DNA of 64,000 nucleotides from Marsupella aquatica (taxonomy: Eukaryota; Plantae; Marchantiophyta), in the NCBI GenBank assembly GCA_973895155.1, contig OZ316893.1, positions 26,524,798-26,588,797 of the forward strand, read 5' to 3'. The notes under the pieces were generated by a model, which was given only the letters and a program-made list of their open reading frames with translations, searched no databases and was not told the DNA's origin. This document shows positions 36,520 through 49,140 of this stretch, one piece after another (within the stretch, counting starts at the first letter, position 1; every line of letters begins with the position of its first letter). The position numbers and the translations under genes were made by a program.

Positions 36520-37956
36520 AAGATGACAGCATTCCTCAATTGCAGAGTTCCACAATTTGAATGCAATCAATCCAAAATCCCCGCTCTTCAAGTTCAAACT
36601 TGTGCTTCTCAACAAGGTATTGGCCAACTTGGCAAATTAAGTCTTCTGTTGTGTTTAAAGATATACAAGTTGTGAGTGGATAGTGCTCAGGCTCACCTCA
36701 CCTGCTTCTCTATGTTAGCTAGTTACCAATGACAAGCAAATTTCCTTGGAATTCTTCTGGAAAAGGTTGATTGACCAGCTTTGCCTATGATGAGTAAGAG
36801 TGGAAGATCTTGTCCAAAAGTCATATCAACTTTAAAAAAAATGCTCCAAATTCAGCCTTATCTTGACATGCAGTTTCATTGATGGAGAAGTAGCAACTGT
36901 GAAAGTTCCAAGGAAACAGCAAAGCAAACCAAAGAAAATTCTCACAAACCACACCAAGCAATGACAATTGCATGCAACTGAGATCCAAGTAAAACATAGA
37001 AGTCCAACATTTGCATTGCAATCATCAATGAAAGTATCAAAAATGTAAACAACAGTTGTTCTGAAGTTTTTGAGATGTTTCCCAACAAATTTTGGATTAC
37101 GAAATGCATCTCAATGTAAAGATTCGAATAAAGTGTTTGTCCAACCACAGTTTCATATGTACTTCTTTTGTCTTGACTGGGCCACTAGATAAGTGTTGCA
37201 TCTGAGTGTGAGGTCCCTCTGTATCCTTACAAGAGTAACTTTTCATTAGAAAATCTTTTCCAATAGTATTCGGTCTCAGCATGGGCTGTTGCGATCTGTT
37301 GCATCTAATGTCCAGCACAGGAATTAGAATTGTCATTATGCTGACTGTAAACATGTGCCTTAGTGCCTTAGATTTAGGGCTTATGTACATTTATGGATAG
37401 GATTAGGCTTATCCCCACTCTGGCTTTAGATTACTTAGGCGCCAGACTCTGTATACTTTAGATCATTTAGTAAAGAGCATAAAATATTTTAAATTACAAC
37501 ATATTGGCAGACTTAGAAAGGCAATCAATGGGCCACTGAAACTCTTTGCCTTTGAGAGAGAACACCTAACATTGTATCCACCCACATTCAAGAAAATTAC
37601 CATCTCTAGCTCATCATCATTTGCATAGCTTTGCTAATATCATGCAAAGGAAACTATTATGCCTCAATCATTCACTCAATTCTCATGTACAGCTACAGTT
37701 AGCTTCCTTTTGGGTTCAATTCAAATTGAGCTTCCGTCTCAAATACCACATTGAATTCTAGTTGTTACAACAGGCTGAGCTTTGTCTTAAATAGCACTCG
37801 CTGAATTCCTCTTGTTGTCACTGCCTGCTCCAGAAACCTATCTACATTAAATTTCTCATTCTGCTGACTGCTCATTCACACTCTTAGCTAGCAGCCATAG
37901 AATGTAAGGAGAGTCTTGACATCATTGGTCACCTCAGTGTGGGCTATTCCAAGAAA

Positions 37957-38290
37957 CAGCTTTTTACTAACCTGTTCCCCAAATTACCCAATATTGCTAA
38001 TGTGTCCCCAAAACAAAATTAATTATCAACATCTTCCCCATTTTGTATTTGGGTTAATATTAACTTGTATACGAGTTCCCATTGCCATGTGGCAAGTTGC
38101 TACTGGATAGCCTGAGCCCACTGCGACACCCCTTGGCCCCCCCCTTCCTTGGCCCCACTTGGCTACGGGAACCCATATACGAGTTAATATTAACCCAAAT
38201 ATAAAACAGGGGGCAGGTTGATAATTAATTTTGTTTGGGGGACATGTTAATAATATTGGGTAGTTTAGGGGACAGGTTAGTAAAAAGTTG
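37957..38290. mobile_element. Foldback/MITE-like element with ~130-bp inverted arms
   Basis: ctttttactaacctgttcccc..caaaattaattatcaac..tatttgggttaatattaact is mirrored by agttaatattaacccaaata..gttgataattaattttg..ggggacaggttagtaaaaag. Confidence 0.8.
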
Positions 38291-39499
38291 CTCCAGGGAA
38301 ATCATATCCACTTAGAGACTTACATGTGTCACCATCTGGACTTGCCCATGGCTACATTTAAGCCAAGTCAATTAACCTGGGTTGAACTGCTTAAAACTCT
38401 TTCAAAGATGTAGAAAATTGATGGCAATTTACAGATAGCAGGAGGCTGACAAAGTTTTGGAGGAAAAAGTGTAAGACTGCACTGAACTGTGGATGACGTT
38501 TGTGGATAGGTTTAACATTTAGTAAAGATTCACCCCTAAAATCATACAGGGTGGTGCGAAATGGTTTTTATTGCCATTCCAAATGGCACCCTATTGACGT
38601 TTTCTCAATGGCAAGAGATATTGAGAACATTGTGAAGTGCAACCAAGAGTGAAATAAAACCTACACCAGATCTTGTTAGATGTCCCTGTATTGCAAATTC
38701 TCAAGAATACTTTATGGAGTCTAACTGGAACCCACTTGGAAAACACTACAGCAAGAGTAAACCCAACTGTATAAGTTTTTCAAATTATTCGAATTAGTTA
38801 CTGCAAAGAATGCAGGTACATTTATCTAGTAAAACATGATCTGACGCTAGAATAGGGGTCTATGGTCTAAATTGGAGTACAGCTAAGTTTGGGTGGAACT
38901 AGAAACGTGCATGATGGTACCTGCTAGCAAAGTTCGGACGTTCAAGCTAGTGATGTAGGGTGCATGTGCTGGTAGTGAAAGAAGGAATTGTCAAGAACAA
39001 AAGTTCAAGCCAGAGAGTTTCTTTTTGACCAATGCAGAGTGCATGTGCTTGCTGCACAACACTGAGGAAATGCACAAAGTTCAAGCCAGAACCAGCCTAA
39101 GACCAAACCCAGAAAGGAACACAGGCCCACCAACTAATGGAGTCAACCAATCATGCACACAGGTCACAAGAAAAAGGAGTAGCTCCACACTACTTTTGAC
39201 TTAACATACTCATTTTTTTTACTATTCCTACCTAGTCCACACTAGACTTTGACTGCTGCATCAAAAGGCAGCCTTCAATTGAAAGTTCATGACCTTTTCA
39301 TGCTACCTATTGATGTCGAAGCAAGGCACCTTCATCCCACACCGCACCCTCCCTTTCTCTTGTTGCTCTTGCTCCCTCCCTCACTCCCTCCCTTCCTCAA
39401 CCTTTTCTGCCCTCCAATACAATTTCTAGAAAGGAAAAACAAATGGAGAAAAAACAAAATCAACCCAAAGGAAAAAGAAAATTCTTCTTCTCTATAGCA

Positions 39500-41900
39500 A
39501 AAAGTCAAAATAGCAATGATTTCTCAACTAGGAGCTATATGTCATAAAGGATGGCTCTCATACCAAAGTACTTCTCGTCTAGGGGCTATGTGTCAAGGAA
39601 AAATTGTAGAGCGCTTTATAGAGTACATTGATATTGACAATAGTTATACCACTACCTTGGTACCTACTCACCACAAATGCAAGTAGATCCCTTGAGCATG
39701 CACCTTTTTAGTCAATCCCCTGAAATCAATCTAACCATACTAGCTTGTTCCCTTCTTTTTCAATTTTGTAAGCATACCATGGGGAGATTTTGGCATGATC
39801 CCATGATAGTGCTTGCTTGAAGTCTATTGTTCATGACCTAGTCCAAACAGTGATGCCATCGACGGGCCTTAATTTCTCTGCTAGCTTATTGAAACTTAGA
39901 AATTAGGACTAAGCTTGTGAGTAGGGACTAACATGGGGAGTCTGGGTGAGTGAGGGAGTATAGGGAGTCCTTGCGCAGAAGCACAGGTATTTGGGCAAGT
40001 CTCACATGTTATAGCAGTTTTTATTGATCTGAGTTTGTAATGCTATGAGATTTACATAGTAGTCTATATTGAGGGGTGAGTGAATCCCACACAAATCTAT
40101 CCATTTCTTGCAAGAAAGGGTATAGCATGGTAGACCTTTGCACATTTCACCCATGTATTTTGCAACAATCTTTCTCTAATTTTACAATCAAAAATGCAAA
40201 GCATAGGGAGACAACACTTTATATTAGGGTGGGTTTGGAGGAATTGGTTGTTGCCCGAGGTTGTTGCCACCACTTTGTGTGTGCCTAAGCAGGAGATGGG
40301 TGCCCCCCAGAAAAATGTTCCGACCTATACCAAATGAGGTTCTAGGCGTACAAAGTGTCCAGATTTTGTGCCCAGCCAACCCTCAAATGGGAAATAAATC
40401 ATCAAAGAGAAAAAAGAGTATGGAGATGAGGATTAGGTGGCCATTCAGAATTTCTTTTATTGCCACCAGGTTGGGAGGAGGTGCCTTCAGTAGCGTTTTC
40501 AATACATGAAAATTAAGCTCACTGGCTTTGCATATGGGCAACTCTGCAAAAGTAGTTAAAGTGAGATGGAGACTTGGAACCACCAGGTCTCAAGGTTAAG
40601 TTCTCCTATCTCACTGGGTTCAGGGGAGGGTTGGTGTATGTATGGGTGGCTATGGTCAAATTGTCGTGGAAATTACTTGTGTGGGAAAAACTTTATAGAG
40701 AATATCTATAATATATTTTCCTTACAAACCAGGGGTATTTTAATTAGGTTAGGATCTTCCAATAGTATCCTTGACAATACACTACATTAAGGAGGACTTT
40801 ACAATGAAGACGTTGGGGGCACTTGGGAGTTTTTTTCACCAAAGCAAACTGGAGGGCCATTGCACACACTAAATATAGTGTCCTGGGGCTAAAAGCATGT
40901 TTTGAATCCTTTTATTGCCCCCAACTTCTTGTAAAGCCAAGTGCAGCCAATAGTGCCAGATTAATTGATGAAACGACAGATTGAGGACCCACTCCACCTG
41001 AATGTCACGTAATCTTTGGCTAAAGTCTTTGTAAATGTGAGAAGAGAAAATCTTATGAAGGACTTGTGGATCACTTTTTAATACAAATGACTTAAAATAG
41101 AAATGGACCACGAGGCCAGAAGAAGAGACCACCAAGAGAGGTGGTCTAGAATCTAGGACAAAAGAGTGCTCCACATAAGCAAAAATTGGGCCCCACTGCA
41201 TTCCATGTAGGGTTGGTAACAGGTTAGGTTGAAAGTGCCCCCAACATTTTGTAAAGTGAACAGCAACAGTTTCTCCCAAATGGATGGCTCTGATCAGATC
41301 TTAGAGACCAAAAAAATGTGGAAACTGCCCCCAACTTCTTGTAAAGCCACCCTAAGTCTCCAAGCTTTGCATTCTTTGACTCCATCCCCCGAGAACCCAG
41401 CCACCTCTCTGCCTCCTGTGGATCTTATTTCATTCTGAAAATATCCAAGTTCTGTGGCTTCTGTAACCTACTCTTCAGTGGAGTGCCGGCTGATTGAGTA
41501 ATGGATTTCACATGTGATGCTCATAGCTATTTGGATGTAGTTGGCCCTAACAATTCAGTCCTTAAACTATCTCAAATTCCAGGTAAAAGCCGTGAGTGCA
41601 GGACCCCAGGATCATCTTGCCTTCATTTTTCTAACGGAATAGTTGCAGATCTTGGCATCACTTTTCCACTTAGGAAGCCATGGATCCTGGTAGATGAGGT
41701 GTTTCATGCATGATTTTCTCCTTAAATCAGAACTAGCCATATAAAAGGGGGAAGTGTCCAAGACTTCTCCCTTTTTCACTTTCCTCTGACTTATTTTTCT
41801 CTCCAGATCCATAATGCTCCACAATTCAGTAAATGATATGTGAAAACTGGTGTAAACAGGTTTTTGTCATGGCTAGTGGTGGTTGAAGCAATACATGACC
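39500..41900 (-). mobile_element. Degenerate L1-like LINE (endonuclease/RT remnants)
   Basis: Fragmentary minus-strand motifs resemble GGDFN (WGHFQ), SDH (SDP), KAPGP (KAPPP) and DFxKA (DFKQA), with many stops and frameshifts. Confidence 0.5.
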
Positions 41901-42002
41901 CGAACCTCAAGTTAGGGGAACCTCAACTTAGGGCTGCAAATTGAAGGGGCTGCATGCATCCAAGACTACTCTCAAGCTCTCCTCTCGTACTGGAGGAGTG
42001 GT

Positions 42003-42263
42003 GGGGTGTATCTGTGGGTGGGTGTGCTAGGCCAAAGTGCTTGCAAATCACTGGATGAAACAATCCCAAACAAGGAAAATAAAATGATTACAGGGGTGTA
42101 TCTGTGGGTGGGTGTGCTAGGCCAAAGTGCTTGCAAATCAAACAATCCCAAACAAGGAAAATAAAATGATTACAGGGGTGTATCTGTGGGTGGGTGTGCT
42201 AGGCCAAAGTGCTTGCAAATCACTGGATGAAACAATCCCAAACAAGGAAAATAATATGATTAC
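42003..42263. repeat. Tandem repeat, 3 copies of ~90 bp, upstream of RPS11
   Basis: Unit ggggtgtatctgtgggtgggtgtgctaggccaaagtgcttgcaaatca..aaacaatcccaaacaaggaaaataaaatgattac at 42003, 42093 and 42175; copy 2 has an 8-bp deletion. Confidence 0.95.
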
Positions 42264-42568
42264 CCTGATTGTTTTATAGGGGTAGGGTAGGGGAGCTTAT
42301 GGTAAAAACATTTAGGAACGTAGGCGCGCCTGCCCACTCTTGCCTACCCTAATTCGTCCCCTCGCCTCCCTCTCGATCCCCCGTTGCTCGCCTCCGATTA
42401 CGTCCTTGCCCTGCTGGAGCTCCATCGCTGGGTGGCAAGACTCCGGCTCGGTTCTCTTGCTTGCCCCATCGCCAGGTTGCAATCGGCTCCTCGCTGCCTT
42501 CTGCCTCCTCGCTGCCTTCTGCCTCCTCGATCCAACCAATTTGTGGTCGTTACCGGTGACACTCCGTC

Positions 42569-43615
42569 ATGGCTGAGCAGACAGAGCGCTCCTTCCTGAA
42601 GCAACCGAATGTGTTTTTGAGGTCAGCTTCTCGATCGATCCATCTCGTTTCTAGTGGTCTTTTTGTGCCCAATGTGACCGTGAACCCTGATTCTTAGTCC
42701 GACAGTTCGAGGCCAGGGTTTCACGGGTATCTCTAGCTGAATTGCGTAGCTTCCAGTGCCCTTACTCTGTTTGTTCAATGGCATTAATTTCAGCACCAAG
42801 ACGACAACGAAGGGAAAGGCGCCAGGAAAAGCTGGCACCCGTTTCTGGAAGAATGTTGGGTTGGGCTTCAAGACGCCTCGAGAAGCTATTCAAGGTATTG
42901 TTGATCACACTCTTGCAGAAGGTCTTCATAATTTATTTATTTTTCCTCTGCAGTGTTCGTTTGGGGTTTAGGGTTTAGGGTTTTCTATTGTTACACGTAT
43001 CCTTATGATCTGACTGACCCTAATTGCTCATTCCAGGAACCTACATTGACAAGAAATGCCCTTTCACCGGAAACGTGTCAATCAGGGGAAGAATCCTCAT
43101 GGGCACCGTCTTTTGCACGAAGATGACCCGAACTATTGTCGTTCGGCGAGACTATCTCCATTTCGTGCCGAAGTATCAGAGGTGCGTAGCCCATGAACGT
43201 TGATTGCGTAATTTCGAGGTTCTTGGGAATTTCGCACTGTGGTTGTTGTGGGGCAACACTGATGGTCGGGTGTTACAGGTATGAGAAGCGGCATTCAAAC
43301 TTGTCTGCACATGTGTCACCCGCTTTCCGAGTCAAGGAAGGAGATAGAGTGATCATTGGCCAGTGCAGGTACTGTATTCGTCGACCGGACAGGGTTTCAG
43401 CAATTGTTACACAGGACATTGCTCTAAACGTTTTTGAATTGATTGGACTTTAGAAGGATTGTTTTGCCACTGCTCCTTTCCCCTTAAGGTTCTGACAGCC
43501 CGGTGCTGGTTCTTCGTGCAGGCCCATTTCTAAAACCGTGAGATTCAATGTCTTGAAGGTCATCCCTGCGGGTGCTTCCGATGGAGGAAACAAGAAATCT
43601 TTCGCGGCCTTGTAG
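42569..43615 (+). CDS. RPS11: 40S ribosomal protein S11 (uS17), 5 exons
   Basis: Exons 42569-42621, 42794-42894, 43037-43181, 43279-43368 and 43522-43615 with GT..AG introns. Protein reads [69 protein letters not shown]. Confidence 0.96.
42964..42983 (-). promoter_or_regulatory. Telo-box / two plant telomere repeats in RPS11 intron 2
   Basis: gggtttagggtttagggttt reads AAACCCTAAACCCTAAACCC on the minus strand; telo-boxes are typical of plant ribosomal protein genes. Confidence 0.55.
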
Positions 43616-44985
43616 TATTTCGCAGCCCAGATTTTTGCCTCATTTCTGAATTGCAAGCTGTTGGATGTTGTTGTCTGTGAGTGGAGCCGCCATTTGCACT
43701 CAATTGGCTCTGCCACCAACAATCAAGGAAGCTCTGCCACCCTAAACAATTGACTCAGTAAATAACCCATTGTTTCGAGGTGGCCATGCACGTCTCTGGA
43801 GTCCTCTACGTTGTGAATCAATGCTGTGTCCTCAAAATTAAAATATTCACAAGGAGACATTGGAATTAGTCGAAACTCTTAATCATGTGTCTTCTCTGGG
43901 TGTTACGGTTTCCTGAATGTTACTTGGGCATGCTCTTTGTGACTCTTTCAACGCATGTCATTGCACTCTTTAAGACATGAATTGAGGAATTCAAGCACGT
44001 GACTCTGACCTACAAAGCGACATGTTTCGGCTTCAAAATGAGCCCGAATATGATTAGTTTTTGGCTCCGATTGATGCAAGTATGATCATTTGATTTCTGC
44101 AACTCTCTCATGTGCGCAACAACTGCAGAAACCCAACTGGGAAATGCTACGGAGCGCTGGCGATTAACCGAACAGTTCGAAGGGCATTTTTAAGTGTTTC
44201 AGATGTCTCTCTGTGCATCTTTTTAATAGAAATCGAAGGGTCGCGAAAACTACACATGAGAGAAAATTAAATAACCGAACTGCTATCCGACTTTCATGAT
44301 TGCAACAACTCACTAACTCTTGCTACTCCTCCCCTCTTGTCATGCTCGTTCTTCAAAAGATGAAATCATACTCAGATTTCCACCACATAAGTTTACAATC
44401 TTCTGATGCCCACTTTCAATTACAGTACAGAAGCTTCCAGTAGTTCGTTAAACTAGCCTGTTTCTGATGGTTCTTGAGGAAGTAGTAAGACTTGGCAGTC
44501 ATTAGCCTATATGGTTGATGAGTTTGGTCGAAGGAAACCTTAAAATCATTGTGCGAAAACAGAGAGAAGCACATTGACTATAACCTCGCTACATCAAAAC
44601 TCGGAACTCTACTAAAGATCGTAAACCTGATCTTCTTTAACGTCCATATCTACTCGAACAGCAAACTTGAAGTCACTGCCGAGAGACAGTCTTGCACCTT
44701 GGACATCAAAGAACCATATGTGCATCGAGTACTGGCCATTTTCTTAGGCAAACACAGGCAAGACGATGGGAAGAGAATCCTTTGGAAAAGAACGCTTTGC
44801 ACCATGGACATCAAAGAACCGTGAGTGCACAATACTGGCCAATTTATTCGGAGGCAAACGCGGAGAGTGGAAAATCTTCCTGCCTGTTTACATCCTAATC
44901 CACTCACATCCTTTAGTATCGAACTAAAGATCCAAATCGTGAGAGTCTGCATTTCGTGCAATTAAAGTAGTATGGTATTCAGGAT

Positions 44986-45300
44986 CCATATCGTGCAAGT
45001 CAAGGGTGAAAACTTAATTTCATTCTAATGTAACTACTGTATATGCTTTTTCCCCTCATAAACTCTCCATATCGTGCAGTTGAAGAGTGGAAAAAATTGA
45101 AGAGGAAAAGTTAATTTCATTAGTTTGTAAGTTACTGTTTTTTCTCTCATAAACTCTCCATGTCGTGCAATTGAAGAGCGAAACAAGTCAAGAGTGAAGA
45201 GGAGTTAATTTCATGCTTTTGTAAGTTTAAACCTTGTTTTCCTCATAAACTCTCCATATCGAGCAATTCAAAAGTGGATGGTTAATTTAAATCTTTTGTA
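44986..45300. repeat. Degenerate ~80-95-bp tandem repeat (4 copies)
   Basis: Recurring ctcataaactctccatatcgtgca-ttgaagagtg..gttaatttcat..tgtaa. Confidence 0.75.
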
Positions 45301-45351
45301 CCTTATTGCTATTCTTTCCCCTATTTTTCTAAACAGCTTTTTATAACGATA

Positions 45352-45814
45352 GGAATTTATTAAGGTGTCCCCTAAACAAACTTATTTACTAACCTGAACC
45401 CCATTTCATGTATGGGTCAGTATTGCCTTTGTAGATGTAACTCAACCTTTGTCGTCATTGGTGTAGGGCCTCTGGCTACCACAGGGGGAGGCGCCATTGG
45501 CTGTGGGCTTAACCCTCTTATTTCCCCCTTTTCCGTGTTGCTGGCCAAAAGGTCAGGCTGACAAGTGCAGCCAAACTCTAATTTTACTCGGGAAAACAAC
45601 AACTTGTGAAGTTTTTCACCTTGCAGCAGAGCGCGTGGAGGGGGGAGATCAACAAGTTCATCTGCAGCCAATGGTGTCTTGCCACATGGCAGCAGGAGGC
45701 CCCGTGCCAATGAGGACAGAGTCGAGTTATGTATACTGAGGCAATACTAACCACATACAAAATGGGGGTCAGGTTAGTAAATAAGACTGGTTGGGGGACA
45801 CCTTAGTAAATTCC
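45352..45814. mobile_element. Foldback/MITE-like element with ~130-bp inverted arms
   Basis: ggaatttattaaggtgtcccc..cttatttactaacctgaccc..agtattgcct is mirrored by aggcaatact..gggtcaggttagtaaataag..ggggacaccttagtaaattcc. It shares the tttactaacctg motif with 37957-38290. Confidence 0.8.
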
Positions 45815-45975
45815 ATTAGTTTGGGGGATAGGTTAGTTTTTTTGTTTTTGTTGGAAAAAATGAGGGCATAGGGCCCCATCATATACCACACGGAGGGACA
45901 AAAGCCACCCCGGTAAAGGAAACAACGGCGCCCAATGCCACGGGAGCAACCCGCCCAAAACCAACAAAACAACTA

Positions 45976-47250
45976 ATCAGCCATGCCTTCCTAAACAACC
46001 ACTGCATCATGGAGTCATTCGGTTCCCAATGTTGTCCATGTCTACAAATCATAATGCTACTCTGAAGTCTCTTACTCGAGCCATTGTGCTCTTGTTCAGT
46101 AGCGAAGTGTCTCTTCCTTCCACCCTTGAGTTTTTTATCCGTCAACATCATCATTGTTAAGTGCAATTGGGGTTTCCACAGTCTCCCAAGGTTTGAGAAC
46201 AACCTAGAGTTGTTCAATGGAGGTTCTAAGATGTTTACCTTTCCTAGCAGAGTGGCAGCAATCCAACATTGATTTCAATGAGTTTTAGTTTGGCGCAAAA
46301 CCACCCATCCAGGCAGTCTCCCAAGGAATTGAGAGTAGCTAGCGACATTTCTTTCCCTCCAGATGCTACTACACATCTCCATGACCAGAACCAAGTGACC
46401 AGGCTGTCGCTTGTGTGAGAGAATGGCCGAAGTAATTGCTTGGTGTAGGGAACCTTGTGCAACCTACAGAGTGGTCCAGTGTTGGAGCAAACGGTATATC
46501 TCTCTCCATCTCCCAACAACCGTACGCCAGCTAAAGAATAGATGTTCAGTGTGCTCATAGTGTGTTTTGCACTTGTTGCAAAGCCCATTGCTAATGCCCC
46601 AGTGGCTGGCCCTACCATTTGTGAAAAATCCATGCTTCAAAAGGCACCACAAGAAAAATCTCACCTTCGGAAAAGACAAGTCACCCCAAATTTTCTTCTA
46701 GTGTCGTTGCCAACCTAGTGAGCTGCTGATTTGTCCCCAGCACCGGTTCAACTTGGTGACATCAATAGTTGTAGTTTGGTTGCATTTAACCCACACTCTG
46801 TTGGGGAAATGCCATCCCCAATTTTTCCCTTTCCACGCCCACTGCCATCCTCTGCAGCTCTGCAGCCCATCCGTAGTGAGACCAGAAATCTGCCTCAATT
46901 TATTGTAAAAATGTGTGAACTCGGCAAACCCCACCATTCGTGTGCTCCTCAATTGTTGGTTAAGCGTCTCCTGAGGTATTCAGCCCCCTTCACTAGTTTG
47001 GAGATCCAAGAGTGTCTTGATTCTACGATTAGCCAAAAATCGCCTAAGATCAACACAACTTTGTTCACACATTGGATTACTATGAAGGTACAACAATACA
47101 GTATGCTCAATGGAGAGTGTAGAAGGAGGCTTGCCTTCTCCGAAGTTGAATTGTAAATTGTTTCTCATATAAAACCATCCCTTGAGCAGTCTTGGGGAAT
47201 AGGTTAGTAACAACCTGGTTTTCTAAATACTTAACCCACTGGTTCACTTA
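45976..47250 (-). mobile_element. 3' part of a LINE (zf-RVT domain), degenerate
   Basis: FPKVRFFLWCLLKHGFFTNGRASHWG..LCNKC..EHTEHLFFS is a zf-RVT pattern; the region is frameshifted. Similar sequence may continue at ~48274-48530. Confidence 0.75.
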
Positions 47251-47252
47251 AT

Positions 47253-47601
47253 TGTTAGGATTAACTCTTAGGTCTAGAGTTATGCATGTACCGTAGTTAG
47301 GGCTAACCTTAGTTGCAGACTAGGTTAGGTTAGTCATGTTGTGCACACACTATACCCAAGGGGTGTTTGCTTGGATAGTGGGAACTCAAACTCATTGTTA
47401 TGGAGCCAGTTGAGAGATAGAGAAAGTTTATGATGTGAACGCTTGGTATGGCCAATCGACCTAGAGTGCAATAAAGCTCTTACAAGTGTGTTCCCGCGGA
47501 CACAGCCTCATGTGGAGGTGAACTATGTATCTCTCTGTGTCGATTACTTGATCGTTGGATGGTTATGGACATGCAGTTGTGAATGTCGTCATTGTTCAAC
47601 A
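47253..47601 (+). mobile_element. Solo LTR (349 bp)
   Basis: TGTTAGG...TTCAACA with perfect 5-bp TSD TTAAT (47248-47252 / 47602-47606). Confidence 0.88.
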
Positions 47602-47926
47602 TTAATGTTCATTTTGTACACTTAATGTTAATTTTTGTATATAGTAAAATAATGTATGCAAAGATACATGTCATATTTTGGAAAATTCTAGAGTATCAAT
47701 GTCATCTCAGTAGTTCACTGTAAGGGGAGATGTACTGCTCCAAAGCTACATCTCACCAAGATCTATGTTTCAAGAAAACACACATCTACAACTAGTTCAT
47801 TTTTAAAAATCATCACAAAATGTTTTGAGGGTATGAGGGTCCAATGATGCAAAGTGAGTGTGAGAGCCTACTAGGTAGGTTTACTAGTCACCAAAGCAAA
47901 TGAACATTAGCTGGTTAGATACAGGG

Positions 47927-48273
47927 TGTTGAGGAAAACCAGTGACACACACACATGAGAGATACAGCAAGCACATAGTTAAACACCGACACGGGAGATA
48001 CGTGCTTCACCTTGGCCAAGGCTATATCCACAATAATACAAGAGCTTTCCTAAACTTTGGCCACCATAGCCACACCAAGCCTCCTTGTACAAGCTCTAAC
48101 ATTGCTAACCCAGCTCCTAGTTTGCTCCTCCACAAATGAGCATGAGTCTCACCAAGGAGCACCTCCATGCTCTCCTATATGCTAGGCCCACTAGTCGCAG
48201 TAAATCACCTGTAAGGCTCTAACGCTGAATAGCCTAAGTGAGGTTAACTCAACACTAAGAGTTAACCCTAACA
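47927..48273 (-). mobile_element. Related solo-LTR-like element in reverse orientation
   Basis: Minus strand TGTTAGGGTTAACTCTTAG...CTCAACA, 347 bp, with a similar start to 47253. No TSD. Confidence 0.55.
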
Positions 48274-48970
48274 CTCCAGAGAAAAGTTGCAAGTTTTGTA
48301 AAGCCGCCCTTTGGTCATCCTAGAAAGCCTTAGAAATTTTGGTGAATGGTCATCAATTCCTAGGGTTTTATCCCAACCAATTTCTTTTTGTGTAGGGCAA
48401 GGCTTTCCAAAAAGAGTGTTCTCCTAAACAATGTCCACAAGGTTGCCTGTAGGAGGGCTTTATTTGGGAGATCTAACAAAGAGGAAGGGCCTTAACAGCT
48501 TTGTGCCCAACACAAAAATTTCACAATAGGGTGTGACAAAGCAAGAAGGGCTTAAAGAAAGACAAAGGAGTCTAGTAGACAAGAGGGACATGTGGAGGAG
48601 TCTACTCATCAGGTGTAAGTGTCATACTGTAGTGGCATGGGGTTCATGCAGGACCTGCACAAAAACATTAATTAATTTTGGTTCAGGAATAACTCAATGT
48701 CAGAAAACCATTCTTCTCTTTTTCATTTTTGAGTATTAATGGCAATATTTAGATTACACCAGTATGCTTAGAGTATTCTTAAAATTTTAATGACGAAAAC
48801 TTAGAGGCTGAAAAAGGTCCCCAAAATGTTTTGTTAGTTGGACCCAGAATCTAATTATTTAATAGCCAAGTGAACCTATTGTTCAAAAGCCAAGCGAGAG
48901 AGCCTTTTAGACTGACTCTACTGACATAATTGAAGTTGAGGGTGTAAGCGGAAACAAAGATTAGGGCAAC

Positions 48971-49140
48971 GTGAATCTCTGAAAATGATGTAATGTGTGA
49001 AGAGTCAATGAAAACCAATTGCACGGGAAAGGGTGAATCTCTGAAATGATGTAAAGTGTGAGGAGTCACTGAAACCAATTAAACTTGGCAGAACAAATCT
49101 CTGAAATGATGTAATGCATGAGGAGTCACTAAAACCAATT
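48971..49140. repeat. ~60-bp tandem repeat (3 copies)
   Basis: aatctctgaaatgatgtaa-g-tgaggagtcactgaaaccaatt x3. Confidence 0.85.

Noticed and set aside
43190-43266. Intronic C/D snoRNA in RPS11 intron 3 (cca..ctgatgg)
   Set aside because: A D-box-like CTGA is present but there is no canonical RTGATGA C box.
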